The notes beneath the pieces were generated by a model. That model was not told the origin of the DNA, made no database searches, and was given only the letters and a program-made list of their open reading frames with translations. Shown here in pieces: positions 9,783 through 18,723 of a stretch of 29,384 nt of DNA. How positions within the stretch are numbered: position 1 is the first letter of the stretch; the number at the start of each line of letters is the position of its first letter. Position numbers and translations under genes: made by a program. Origin of the DNA: a virus. Taxonomy: Duplodnaviria > Caudoviricetes. The DNA lies in IMG/VR virus record IMGVR_UViG_3300047457_000779, positions 1 to 29,384 of that record; one strand, written 5' to 3'.

Positions 9783-12700
9783 ATGACCACGTTCACCGAC
9801 ATCCTTGGCGCAATCGGTCAGGACGCAACGCAGCCCACCGGAGCCACGAAGTGGTCTGACCTCGACAAGGTGTTCGCGGAGCAGGCTGCGGCCACGGAGC
9901 CGGGTGCGACCCCCGGATCGTCCGCTGCCGAGCAGGAGGCAATGGCCGGGGCGGCCAAGGCTTCCGAGATTGATTTCCTGACGCCCGAGTGGATGCCGTT
10001 TCCGCTTGCTCCGGGCCTTATTGATGCCAGAGAGGTCGAACGCGGGCTGCGGACGCAGGTGGCGCAGGCTGCGCAAGCCGTTGCCACGCCGGGACTTAGG
10101 GCGAAGTTCATCGAGTCTGTGGTCAACCCCCTTCTGGCGGTTGCCTACCCGTACATGAAGCCCGTGAACGATTTCGTCATCCCCGAGATGGCGAAGGCGG
10201 CTTCGATGGCGATGGAGCCTGCCGACAGCGGGCTGACGACGGCGGACCTCCCGACCGAACTCCTTGCCGCCCGCGGCGCGGCGCAGGGCATGGCGGCGGG
10301 GCAGGCCGAGGGGATCATGGCGGACATCTCGCGGGCGGTGGGCCAGAGCCTCCCGCAGACCGCGGCGGTCGGGGCGACCATCCTGACGGGCGGCGGGGCT
10401 GCCCCGGTGGTGCTGTCCAACCTTGCCTCGCAGGCGCTGATCCCGTTCTCGGCATGGACGGCGGGCCAGTTGTCCTACATGGACGAACTCGACGCCGTAA
10501 GGGCGCAGGAAGCCCTTGAGGGGCGTCCGCTGACCCAGTTCGACCCGGACGAGATGCAGAGGCGTGGAATCGCTTCTGGGGCCATCCAGACGGGTACAGA
10601 GGCCATCGGCGCTGGCATCGCCGGAAGGGCCATCGGGCGGATCGCTGCCCGTGCGACGGCCCTGCGGCCCGCCAAGGCGGTCGTGGGGGCGCTTGCCGAG
10701 CGCGGAGCGCCGATCGTTGGTCGGGCGCTGGCGACCCGTGGCGGGCAGGCGGCGGGGCAGGCGTTCGCCCGTGCCACCGCCGGGGCGATGCGGTTCAACA
10801 AAGGCTTCTTCGGTCAGGCGGCGAAGATCGTCGCCATCTCTGCTGCGGAGGAGGGGGCGGAGGAGTTGGGAGCGGCGATCCTAGAGTCCCCCTTCACCTT
10901 CGCCCCCTTGGGCGACGACCTGAAGCAGGGCATCTACAGCGCCTTCATCGGCAGCGTGGCGGGCGGTGCGGGCGGCGGTGCTGCCGTGATCTCGACGGCG
11001 GCCCGCAAGGGACTCGTCAACCGCGCAGACGCCTTCCGCCCGGAGAACGACCGGGAGATTGCCCTGCGACAGCAGCACACCGAGGCGATGAAGGCCCGGA
11101 CGAACTGGACCGCGGACCTCGACGAGACGCAGCAGGCCGAGGTGGCGGTCGCCCTCAACAGCCTGAACGGGATGGACCCGGCGCAGCGCGGCGAGTACCT
11201 CCGGGAACTGGCCGACCAGCGTGCGGACATCGCCGCCAAGGTCGAGAGCCTGCTTGCCCTCCGTCAGGACCTCGACGCCGCCCTTGCCGGGGCGCAGTCG
11301 ATCGAGGCCGAGGCAGCGTTGCAGGCTGCGCAGGCCGAGCGGCAGGCCGCCGAGGAGTTGCAGCAGGAGGCGGAGGCTGCACGGGCGGTGGTGCGTCCCC
11401 GTGTCCAGCGACCCGGCAGGCGTGCGCCCACTGGCGCGGCGCTTGAGCAGCAGGTCACCGAGGCAGGTGCGATGGCCGAGCAGGCCCGTGCCGCCGAGGA
11501 GGCCGCGCTTGCCCGTGCCGTGGAGGTCGAGGTCGCCCCCGGCGTCCGCGTCGATCCGAAGCAGAGCGCCGCCGAGGTGCGCTCCATGATCGAGGAGACG
11601 GACGCGGAACTGCGGATGCTGGTCACCGACCGCCTGCTGGCCGACGCCAAGTACGGGGCGGTGCGCGAGAAGTTGTCCGACCTGCCGATGGACTTCCGGC
11701 AGGAGGAGCCTGCGCAGGTCCTCTCCGGCCTGTCTGCATCGACCGGGGTGTCGATCGCGGAGGCCAAGGCTCCAAAGCGCGGCGGTCGCGTGCAGAAGGA
11801 ACTTGAGGCGCTCGGGATGCGCGTCGTGTGGTTCAAGGCGACCGGGAAGCCGTTCGGGTCGCCCGCGTTCCACACCATGTCTTCGCGTGGCACGGTGTAC
11901 CTGAACGTCGATGCGGACATGTCGCATGTCCGAGCACGCGCCTACGAGGAGATGTTCCACGACATCCAGATGTTCCGCCCGGACGTGGCGCAGGCGTATT
12001 CGGAGGCGGTCGGCGTCGAGTCGTCGTATGCCGCCGGGGAGAAGTATGCGCGTGGCCGTCCTGAGTCCCGTGCCAAGGGCGTCATGGACACCTTCGCCCG
12101 CATTCAGGCCGCAGCCGCGGAGGCTGGCGTTGCCGGGGAGCAGGTCGAGTTGCCCGCCCCAGTCAGCAGGATCGGCGCTGCCCGCCTTGAGCAGGAGGGT
12201 CAGGCCAACGCATTCGCGGAGGCCGCGGCCCGCGTGACTGGCGCTGGCCCACTGCGTGCGCTGATGCGTTCCGCCGCCCGCCGTGGCCTCATGGGCCGCG
12301 AGGTCGCCGGGGCGATGGCCGTGATCGACACCGTGTCACGCGCAGCCGCCGTCGAGCGGGTGAACGGCGTCAAGCCCGTCGCCACGCTGTCGCCGCTTGC
12401 ACGCACCCTGCTATGGGCCGAGGACATGGCCGTCGATCTCCCGGCAGCGGTCGAGCAGGCCGTGCAGCCTGCGCCTGCTCCTGCTCCTGCTCCTGCGCCT
12501 GCCGCTCCCGGTGTGTCGATGGCCCGCGCATCCGACGCCGACTACCTCGCCGCCGTCGAGCGCGGCGACATGGAATTGGCGCAGCGCATGGTGGACGCGG
12601 CGGCAATTGAAGCCGGATACACGGTTGGTCCCGTGTACCACGGGACATTCGCCAAGTTCAATGAGTTTGATCTGTACAGGGCTACCGGAAACGACTTGGG

Positions 12701-15700
12701 ATTCCATTTCGGTGACAACGCAGCCGCGGAAAATCGCCTGTTCGATCTTCGACAGGAACAGCCACAGAGGTTCGCAAAGGCAGAGCAGAGGATTCTTCGT
12801 GTCCGCCTGCGAATGGAAAATCCGCTTCGTCTTCAGGAGACGCGGCGGAACGCATGGCAAATGAAGGATGTTCTGGCGCAAATCTTCGACGGCGACACCG
12901 TGCTTCCGGGTTTTGAGCAGGATCTCGACGCTTATCTTGGCGACGAACTTGAATCGCGTGTTGGAGGAAAGTTGGTTTCCTACGCAGACCTTTCCGACAA
13001 CCGCGCAGACGAGAACGAATGGCTTGGAAACTTTCTTCTCGACAAGGGTTACGACGGAATCGTGTATGAAAACCGTGTCGAAGGCGGCACGTCATACATT
13101 GTCTATGATCCAAACCGAATCAAGTTGGCCGACCCCGTCACCCGCGACGAGTCCGGCAACGTCATTCCGCTGTCCCGCCGCTTCGACGTCTCTCGCCCGC
13201 AGATTTCCTTCGCCCGTCCGCAGGAGGACGCCGAGACAACCGCCCTCCGCGAGGAGGTGTCGGCTCTCCGTGCGCAGGCAGACGAACTGCGCCGCCAGAT
13301 GCGCGACGTGCAGAACGTCACCGCCGCGCAGCGCGTGAACGCGATGAAGGAGGTCCGCGTCCTTGAGCGGCGCATCGTGACCGCCGAGCGGCTTGCCGAG
13401 CAGAAGACCTTGCAGGCGACCCGTGCCAAGATGCGGCTCGACCTTGAGCGTCAGGCCGCGCAGGAGGACATCCGTGCCGCCGAGGACGTCGCGGCCAAGA
13501 TGGCCGTGCGCCTCGACGAGGTGCAGGCGTCCGTGCGCTCGATGCGGTCGGAACTCGCGTCCCTGCGCCGCGGCGAGCGCGTCGAGGAGCGGCTCGCGCA
13601 GGCGGAGGAGGAGTCGCAGCGTGCGATCGACTTCGCCTACGCGATTGGTCGCAACGAGGGCCTGCTTGCTGGCGAGGTGCGGGGCCAGCAGGTGGAGCGC
13701 CGTCAGGTCCGCAAACTCAGCGAGCGCCTCGACGTGGTGCAGGCACGGCTCGACAAGGCCATCCCGGCCATCCGCGAGTCCCGTGCGCAGATCAAGGACG
13801 ACGCGAAGGCGGCGCAGCGTGCGATCGACTTCGCCTACGGGATGGGCCTCGCGAAGGGTCGGTTGCAGGGCGTGATGGAGGGCCGCAGGCAGGTGCTTGC
13901 ACGCATGGCCCGCCGGGAGGACACGCTCCAGAACCAGTTGTTCAACCTGCGCAAGACCGCCGAGGCCCGTGCGGAGGCCAAGGAATCGGTGCAGGACGCC
14001 GTGCGCCAGATCGCGCTCGACGCCGCCCGGATGCTTCCGGAGCGGCTCCGTGGCCCGCTTGCGACGAGGATCGCGCAGGCGAAGACCCTCGCGCAGGCCA
14101 ACCGCGTGGCCGTGGAGGCCGTGAAGGTGGCCGCCAACAACGAGGTTGCCCAGTCCATTGATGCGATCCGGACGCTTCGGAAGCGGATCGGCAAGCGCGG
14201 CATGACCTATGCCACACGCACCGCCGTCGAACGCCTGCTCGACGATGCCGAGTCCGGTCTTCGCACCGCGACCGGGCGAAGGATCAGAGCCACGGTGCAG
14301 ACGGCAAGAGGAAGCGCCCCTGCCCTCGTGAATGCCGTCGAGGTGTATGCCGCCGTCGTCGATGCAGCCGCGAAGGTCGAGCAGGCCGTCCTGATGTACG
14401 ACATGGACAGGCAGCGTTACCTTGCACTTCGTGCGCAGCGGATAGCACGCTACGACGCCCTGCGCCAGCGCCTTGCGCAGGACATGTCCGGTCGCCCGAC
14501 CCTTTCCGACCGCGAGCGTGCCGACCAGCCTCCGGGCCTGCCGCTTGCCCGTGCGGTGTCGCGTGCGAACAGCGACATCTACACGCTGATGCTGGAACTG
14601 GAAGGGACCGAGATGGGCGTCATCGGTGAGATGCTCATGGAGGCGCAGGCCGGGAAGGGAGAGGCTGCCCTTGAGCACGCGACGATCCTCCGCGGACTCC
14701 AGCCTGCGTTGCAGGCCGCGGGGTACGAGAGCATCGACGCATACGCGCTCAGGAACGGGCTTCTCGGGCAGTCTTCCGCGCAGGTCCGCGACGTGACGCT
14801 CGGCGGCAGGACCGTGTCGCTTCCGGTCGGGACGATCATCTCGATCGCAGCGATGGACGACGAGACGCTTGCCCTGTTCCCGGATGCGACCAATGACGGG
14901 CAGTCGATCACGTTCCGCGGGGCGGAGACGACGACCCTCATCCGACCGAGCAAGGCCGAGATCAGTGCGCTCCGTTCCGGACTGAGCGCAGGCGAGCGCG
15001 GCCTGATCGACGCGATGAAGAACGTGCTTGAGACGCAGATCCGTGACCGCGTGATGGATGCCGTGTTCGCCGTCGAGGGCGACCAGCCCCCGGTCGTCGC
15101 GAACTACTGGCCGCGTGTCCGGCTGTCCAAGCAGAAGGCCGACGCAAGCATCCTCAACGCATCGGCAGGCACGCTGGTCCGAGGTGCGCTCACGAACGTC
15201 GGGTTCGCGAACGCCCGGACGGGCGGGACAGAGCCGCTGGTGTACGACGATGCCTTCAAGACGTGGGAGCGCCACGTTCAGGTCGCGCTCGACATGATCG
15301 ACATGGCGCAGCCCTACCGGACGGCGGCGACCGTGCTGACCGATCCGGCGGTCGTCGAGGGCATGGACAGGCAGATGGGGCAGGGAACCGCCGAGCGGGT
15401 CCTCGCCATCTTCTCGAACGGCGTCGGTGCAACCGCCCGGAGCAACCTTACCGTCATCGACAAGTTCACGAACAACGTGACCGGGGCCATCCTCGCGATG
15501 CGCCCGAAGACGCTTGCCAAGGTCCTCATCGGCGGGCAGATCAGGCTTGCGAGCGAACTCCCGGTCGGGTTGCTTGCCCGTGGATCGGCCCGTGCCGCCC
15601 GCAGGCTCGCCAATCCCCGTGCATGGGATGCGCGGGTCGAGGAAATCCACTCGCTGAACGGCTACTTCGCACGCCGCCACCAGTTGCACATGCGGTCCAT

Positions 15701-16709
15701 CGTCAGCGGCTCGCTTTCGGACGCCGACCGTGTCCGCGTGACCACCGCGTTCTCTGCGATGATCGACGGGTTCCGGGCGGCGGGCCAGAGCATCGCCGCA
15801 GCCCAGTTGACCGATGCGCTTGCCGGGTTCCGAGATGCGTCCAACGGAGCGAACATGATGATCGCGAGCGTCGTCGATGCGCTCCGGTACATGGACGAGC
15901 AGATCATGCTCACCGCCGTCGAGGCGCGGCTCATCGAGGTGGAGGACGAGGGCATCCGCACAGGGCAGGACGCACTGCGCGAGGCGGCGCTTCGCGCCGA
16001 GCGGGACTTCCGCCGGACGCAGAATGCCAGCGACGAGTTCGACGACGTCTCGTTCGCAGCGCACGCCCGCGTCAAGGGACAGACGGGCCTGCGCATCTTC
16101 TTCCCGTTCAGCAGCGACCCGCTCAAGGCACGCAACCAGATCCGCCGCGCCTACCTCTCCGGAGACAGGCGGCTCCAGACCGCGGGAGCGATCGCCGGAA
16201 ACGCCGCGTCGAGCACGATCATCGGCCTCGCCTCCATCGCGACGGTCGGGTACATCGCATCGCTCGTCTCCGGGATTCTCGGCGGGACCGGGCCGGAGGA
16301 CGAGGATGAGAAGAAGTTCATGGAGCAGGCGAAGCGGCTTCCTGCATCGGTGTCGTCGGAAGTGCTGTCGTCCACGCTCGGCTACGCGGGCATCATCATG
16401 GGTCAGGTCGTGCAGGGAATGCAGTACCGCAGGCCGCTGTTCGCCCCGCTCGTCGGACGGCCCATCGAGCAGGCAGGACGCGAGTTGACCAGCGCGGACC
16501 CGTGGTATGCACGCATGGTGACCAGCCTGCTAGCCATTTCACAGTACGCAGGCTTCCCGATGTACGGCCTGTACCAGTTCGTGCGAGAGCAGTTCGAGGG
16601 AGCGCCAGCCGCCAAGGAGAAGGCCAAGCCGGAGCCGAAGACGCCAGCAGAGAGGCTGCGCGACAGGATCGAGCGCAGGCGCAGGGAGTTGCAGAACATC
16701 GGGAAGTGA
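9783..16709 (+). CDS. Giant polyvalent-type internal virion protein (~2308 aa) with ADP-ribosyltransferase-like insert
   Basis: Gly-rich hydrophobic N-terminal region with the EEGAEE motif; ART-like YHGT..GFHFG..NPL..GYDGIV..YIVYDP..IK; long coiled coil; helical C-terminus. Confidence 0.8.
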   Translation: MTTFTDILGAIGQDATQPTGATKWSDLDKVFAEQAAATEPGATPGSSAAEQEAMAGAAKASEIDFLTPEWMPFPLAPGLIDAREVERGLRTQVAQAAQAVATPGLRAKFIESVVNPLLAVAYPYMKPVNDFVIPEMAKAASMAMEPADSGLTTADLPTELLAARGAAQGMAAGQAEGIMADISRAVGQSLPQTAAVGATILTGGGAAPVVLSNLASQALIPFSAWTAGQLSYMDELDAVRAQEALEGRPLTQFDPDEMQRRGIASGAIQTGTEAIGAGIAGRAIGRIAARATALRPAKAVVGALAERGAPIVGRALATRGGQAAGQAFARATAGAMRFNKGFFGQAAKIVAISAAEEGAEELGAAILESPFTFAPLGDDLKQGIYSAFIGSVAGGAGGGAAVISTAARKGLVNRADAFRPENDREIALRQQHTEAMKARTNWTADLDETQQAEVAVALNSLNGMDPAQRGEYLRELADQRADIAAKVESLLALRQDLDAALAGAQSIEAEAALQAAQAERQAAEELQQEAEAARAVVRPRVQRPGRRAPTGAALEQQVTEAGAMAEQARAAEEAALARAVEVEVAPGVRVDPKQSAAEVRSMIEETDAELRMLVTDRLLADAKYGAVREKLSDLPMDFRQEEPAQVLSGLSASTGVSIAEAKAPKRGGRVQKELEALGMRVVWFKATGKPFGSPAFHTMSSRGTVYLNVDADMSHVRARAYEEMFHDIQMFRPDVAQAYSEAVGVESSYAAGEKYARGRPESRAKGVMDTFARIQAAAAEAGVAGEQVELPAPVSRIGAARLEQEGQANAFAEAAARVTGAGPLRALMRSAARRGLMGREVAGAMAVIDTVSRAAAVERVNGVKPVATLSPLARTLLWAEDMAVDLPAAVEQAVQPAPAPAPAPAPAAPGVSMARASDADYLAAVERGDMELAQRMVDAAAIEAGYTVGPVYHGTFAKFNEFDLYRATGNDLGFHFGDNAAAENRLFDLRQEQPQRFAKAEQRILRVRLRMENPLRLQETRRNAWQMKDVLAQIFDGDTVLPGFEQDLDAYLGDELESRVGGKLVSYADLSDNRADENEWLGNFLLDKGYDGIVYENRVEGGTSYIVYDPNRIKLADPVTRDESGNVIPLSRRFDVSRPQISFARPQEDAETTALREEVSALRAQADELRRQMRDVQNVTAAQRVNAMKEVRVLERRIVTAERLAEQKTLQATRAKMRLDLERQAAQEDIRAAEDVAAKMAVRLDEVQASVRSMRSELASLRRGERVEERLAQAEEESQRAIDFAYAIGRNEGLLAGEVRGQQVERRQVRKLSERLDVVQARLDKAIPAIRESRAQIKDDAKAAQRAIDFAYGMGLAKGRLQGVMEGRRQVLARMARREDTLQNQLFNLRKTAEARAEAKESVQDAVRQIALDAARMLPERLRGPLATRIAQAKTLAQANRVAVEAVKVAANNEVAQSIDAIRTLRKRIGKRGMTYATRTAVERLLDDAESGLRTATGRRIRATVQTARGSAPALVNAVEVYAAVVDAAAKVEQAVLMYDMDRQRYLALRAQRIARYDALRQRLAQDMSGRPTLSDRERADQPPGLPLARAVSRANSDIYTLMLELEGTEMGVIGEMLMEAQAGKGEAALEHATILRGLQPALQAAGYESIDAYALRNGLLGQSSAQVRDVTLGGRTVSLPVGTIISIAAMDDETLALFPDATNDGQSITFRGAETTTLIRPSKAEISALRSGLSAGERGLIDAMKNVLETQIRDRVMDAVFAVEGDQPPVVANYWPRVRLSKQKADASILNASAGTLVRGALTNVGFANARTGGTEPLVYDDAFKTWERHVQVALDMIDMAQPYRTAATVLTDPAVVEGMDRQMGQGTAERVLAIFSNGVGATARSNLTVIDKFTNNVTGAILAMRPKTLAKVLIGGQIRLASELPVGLLARGSARAARRLANPRAWDARVEEIHSLNGYFARRHQLHMRSIVSGSLSDADRVRVTTAFSAMIDGFRAAGQSIAAAQLTDALAGFRDASNGANMMIASVVDALRYMDEQIMLTAVEARLIEVEDEGIRTGQDALREAALRAERDFRRTQNASDEFDDVSFAAHARVKGQTGLRIFFPFSSDPLKARNQIRRAYLSGDRRLQTAGAIAGNAASSTIIGLASIATVGYIASLVSGILGGTGPEDEDEKKFMEQAKRLPASVSSEVLSSTLGYAGIIMGQVVQGMQYRRPLFAPLVGRPIEQAGRELTSADPWYARMVTSLLAISQYAGFPMYGLYQFVREQFEGAPAAKEKAKPEPKTPAERLRDRIERRRRELQNIGK
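12468..12503 (+). repeat. In-frame 6-bp tandem repeat (CCTGCN)x6 encoding a (PA)n linker
   Basis: cctgcgcctgctcctgctcctgctcctgcgcctgcc immediately before the ART-like domain. Confidence 0.9.
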
Positions 16710-17235
16710 CGTTTCGTCCTTCGCGCCGACCGCTGCGCTGCGCTCGCCAACGGCTTCGCTCCGCGGCGGCTGTTGCGCAGGGGTGATTTGGATGGACCCA
16801 TATCACCCATATGGGCAGAGTCAGCAGGTCGCACCCGCCGTGGGTTTCGACGAGCAGGCATGGTGGGCGTTGAGGGAGCGTGACCCAAGCCAAGGGTCAC
16901 GCCAACCAGCAGGCACGGAGCCGCGCATCGGTCGGGCCACGAATCTCACCATTTCGCTGCGGGTAACAGCCGCTCCGTTCGTGGACGAGCGCACCTTCCG
17001 GTGGCGCAGGCTAGGGTCACTCGGGCCTGCGTCTTCAACCCTCCTCCCCTACCGAGCCGGGAGGCACATGCTTCGCGTGATGATGGTTCCCGTGAAGGGG
17101 AGGCCAGTTTGCAATGCGGCTACGCGACTACCGCTCGGATGTCGAGATGCCGGGGCGAGTCAGGGGAGCGGCTGCAAGCAACCCTTCCTCGCGCCCGGTT
17201 CTCCGAGATGTCGAGCAGTTGCAGCCGCTCGTGAG
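16710..17235 (-). ncRNA. Candidate ~500-nt structured non-coding RNA or origin region
   Basis: No convincing ORF; series of 7-12 bp stems; lies directly downstream of a leftward promoter. Confidence 0.4.
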
Positions 17236-17240
17236 GGAGA

Positions 17241-17287
17241 AATCTAGTGCATGATTCCTTGACCGTCAAGGGAAATCGGGTTAGATT
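17241..17287. promoter_or_regulatory. Symmetric divergent sigma70-like promoter pair with overlapping -35 boxes
   Basis: +: TTGACC(17259-64)-17-TAGATT(17282-87); -: TTGACG(17269-64)-17-TAGATT(17246-41). Confidence 0.7.
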
Positions 17288-17373
17288 GTCCTGCCTGACC
17301 CTGTTCTCTGACGAGATGCCCCCGCGTGTTGCGGAGTCATGCGCAGGGATCGGGCATTTATAGCCCCCGGAAG

Positions 17374-17411
17374 GCCCCGGCTTGATCGCAAGATCGCCGG
17401 GGCTATTCATT
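17374..17411 (+). terminator. GC-rich hairpin with GCAA tetraloop, terminator/attenuator-like
   Basis: GCCCCGGC-TT-GATC-GCAA-GATC-GCCGGGGC followed by TATTCATT (weak U tract). Confidence 0.5.
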
Positions 17412-17440
17412 CCTGAGTGCATAATCGGTACGGTTTATGC

Positions 17441-18337
17441 ATGGAACTGCCGTGGTCGGTCACCGCTGCCGCCCGCAACATTCACCACGTCCAACTGGTG
17501 GCCGATAGTGCCACCGACCAATGGTGGTTCCTCCTGTCAGGCGATCGTCACCACGACAACCCACACGCAGACCATGACTTGGAGCGCCAGCATCTGGAGG
17601 AGATGGTCCGCCGCAAGGGCGGGTGGATCGACGTGGGCGACCTTTTCTGCGCGATGGAGGGAAGGGCGGACCCTCGCCGCAGCCGCAAGGGCGTTCGCGA
17701 AGAACATGCGCTTGTTCCTGACTACTTCGATTCCCTAGTCCGCCACGCTGCGGACTTCTACGCCCCGTTCTCGCGGCACTGCGTGGTGATCGGGAAAGGG
17801 AATCACGAGACTTCCGTACTCAAGAACTGCGAAACCGATCTGGTCGAGCGGCTCTGCGAACGCATGTCGATGATGTCTGGCGTGCGCGTAAGTCCCGGCG
17901 GCTACGGTGGTTGGGTCAAGTTCACCTGCGGACTCGGGACTCACCGCTACACACTCAACCTGAAGTATTTCCACGGCAGCGGCGGGGCCGCGCTGATGTC
18001 GTTCGATACCCTGAAGGTGCGCCGACAGGCTGCGGTGATCCCCGACGCCGACGTGATCGTTCAGGGCCACGTCCACAAGCAGTGGGTGATGCCGCTGGCA
18101 CGGGAGCGACTCGTCCACGACAAGGGCGGGATGCGCGTCGTTCACGATGTCCAGTACCACGTCCGGGTGGGGACGTACAAGGACGAGTTCGAGGACGGGT
18201 ACGGGGGATTCCACGTCGAGCAGGGCCGTACCCCCGAGATCATCGGCGCGGTCTGGATGCGCCTGTCCCTGCATCCCAAGCAGTTCAACGGCCACACGAC
18301 CTACTCGCTGCGCCCGGAGTTCTTCCCCGTCCATTGA
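17441..18337 (+). CDS. Calcineurin-like metallophosphoesterase (~298 aa)
   Basis: All five motifs in order: GDRHHD, VGDLF, GNHE, FHG, GHVH. Confidence 0.85.
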   Translation: MELPWSVTAAARNIHHVQLVADSATDQWWFLLSGDRHHDNPHADHDLERQHLEEMVRRKGGWIDVGDLFCAMEGRADPRRSRKGVREEHALVPDYFDSLVRHAADFYAPFSRHCVVIGKGNHETSVLKNCETDLVERLCERMSMMSGVRVSPGGYGGWVKFTCGLGTHRYTLNLKYFHGSGGAALMSFDTLKVRRQAAVIPDADVIVQGHVHKQWVMPLARERLVHDKGGMRVVHDVQYHVRVGTYKDEFEDGYGGFHVEQGRTPEIIGAVWMRLSLHPKQFNGHTTYSLRPEFFPVH

Positions 18338-18345
18338 GGTGTCCC

Positions 18346-18618
18346 ATGAAGGCACGGCTCGGCGGCAAGTGGTTCGTCATCCGTGAGTCAGGGAACCTCT
18401 CCAACTGCGGTTCCTGCGAGATCACGCACCGCAAGGACGGGACCACCCGCCGGATCATCCGCATCGCCTCGTGGCAGAACGAGGAGGATGCGCTTGATAC
18501 ATGGGTACACGAGGCCATGCACGCGATCTGGCCGTCCATGACCGAGGAGGAGGTCGCCAAGAGCAGCGCGGAACTCTCCACCCTCCTGTGGCGTCTGGGA
18601 TACAGGCGGATGCAATGA
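18346..18618 (+). CDS. Small zincin-like HExxH metallopeptidase-fold protein (90 aa)
   Basis: DTWVHEAMHAI plus a downstream EEEV helix; GAGGT RBS. Confidence 0.7.
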   Translation: MKARLGGKWFVIRESGNLSNCGSCEITHRKDGTTRRIIRIASWQNEEDALDTWVHEAMHAIWPSMTEEEVAKSSAELSTLLWRLGYRRMQ

Positions 18619-18677
18619 AAAAAATCCTACCGGATTCCGCGCAACCCTGTTGACAGAGGCGGTAGGGTAGTTACCAT
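18618..18677 (+). promoter_or_regulatory. Sigma70-like promoter for the recombination operon
   Basis: A-tract UP element, TTGACA(18650-55)-16-TACCAT(18672-77). Confidence 0.7.
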
Positions 18678-18723
18678 ACGCCCGCCGAGGCATCCCGCCA
18701 CGGCTTCAAACAGGAGTCTGCCA

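Noticed and set aside
13092-16064. 990-aa minus-strand ORF (also 8136-10076 and 10881-11960)
   Set aside because: Antisense shadows of GC-rich + strand genes; Arg/His/Gly-rich with no motifs or RBS.
16783-17247. 154-aa + strand ORF in the intergenic region
   Set aside because: No motif, atypical composition and codon use, and the region is dominated by inverted repeats. Not fully excluded.
17308-17362. Hammerhead ribozyme core CTGACGAG followed by a stem
   Set aside because: No GAAA after stem II and no matching stem III or cleavage triplet.
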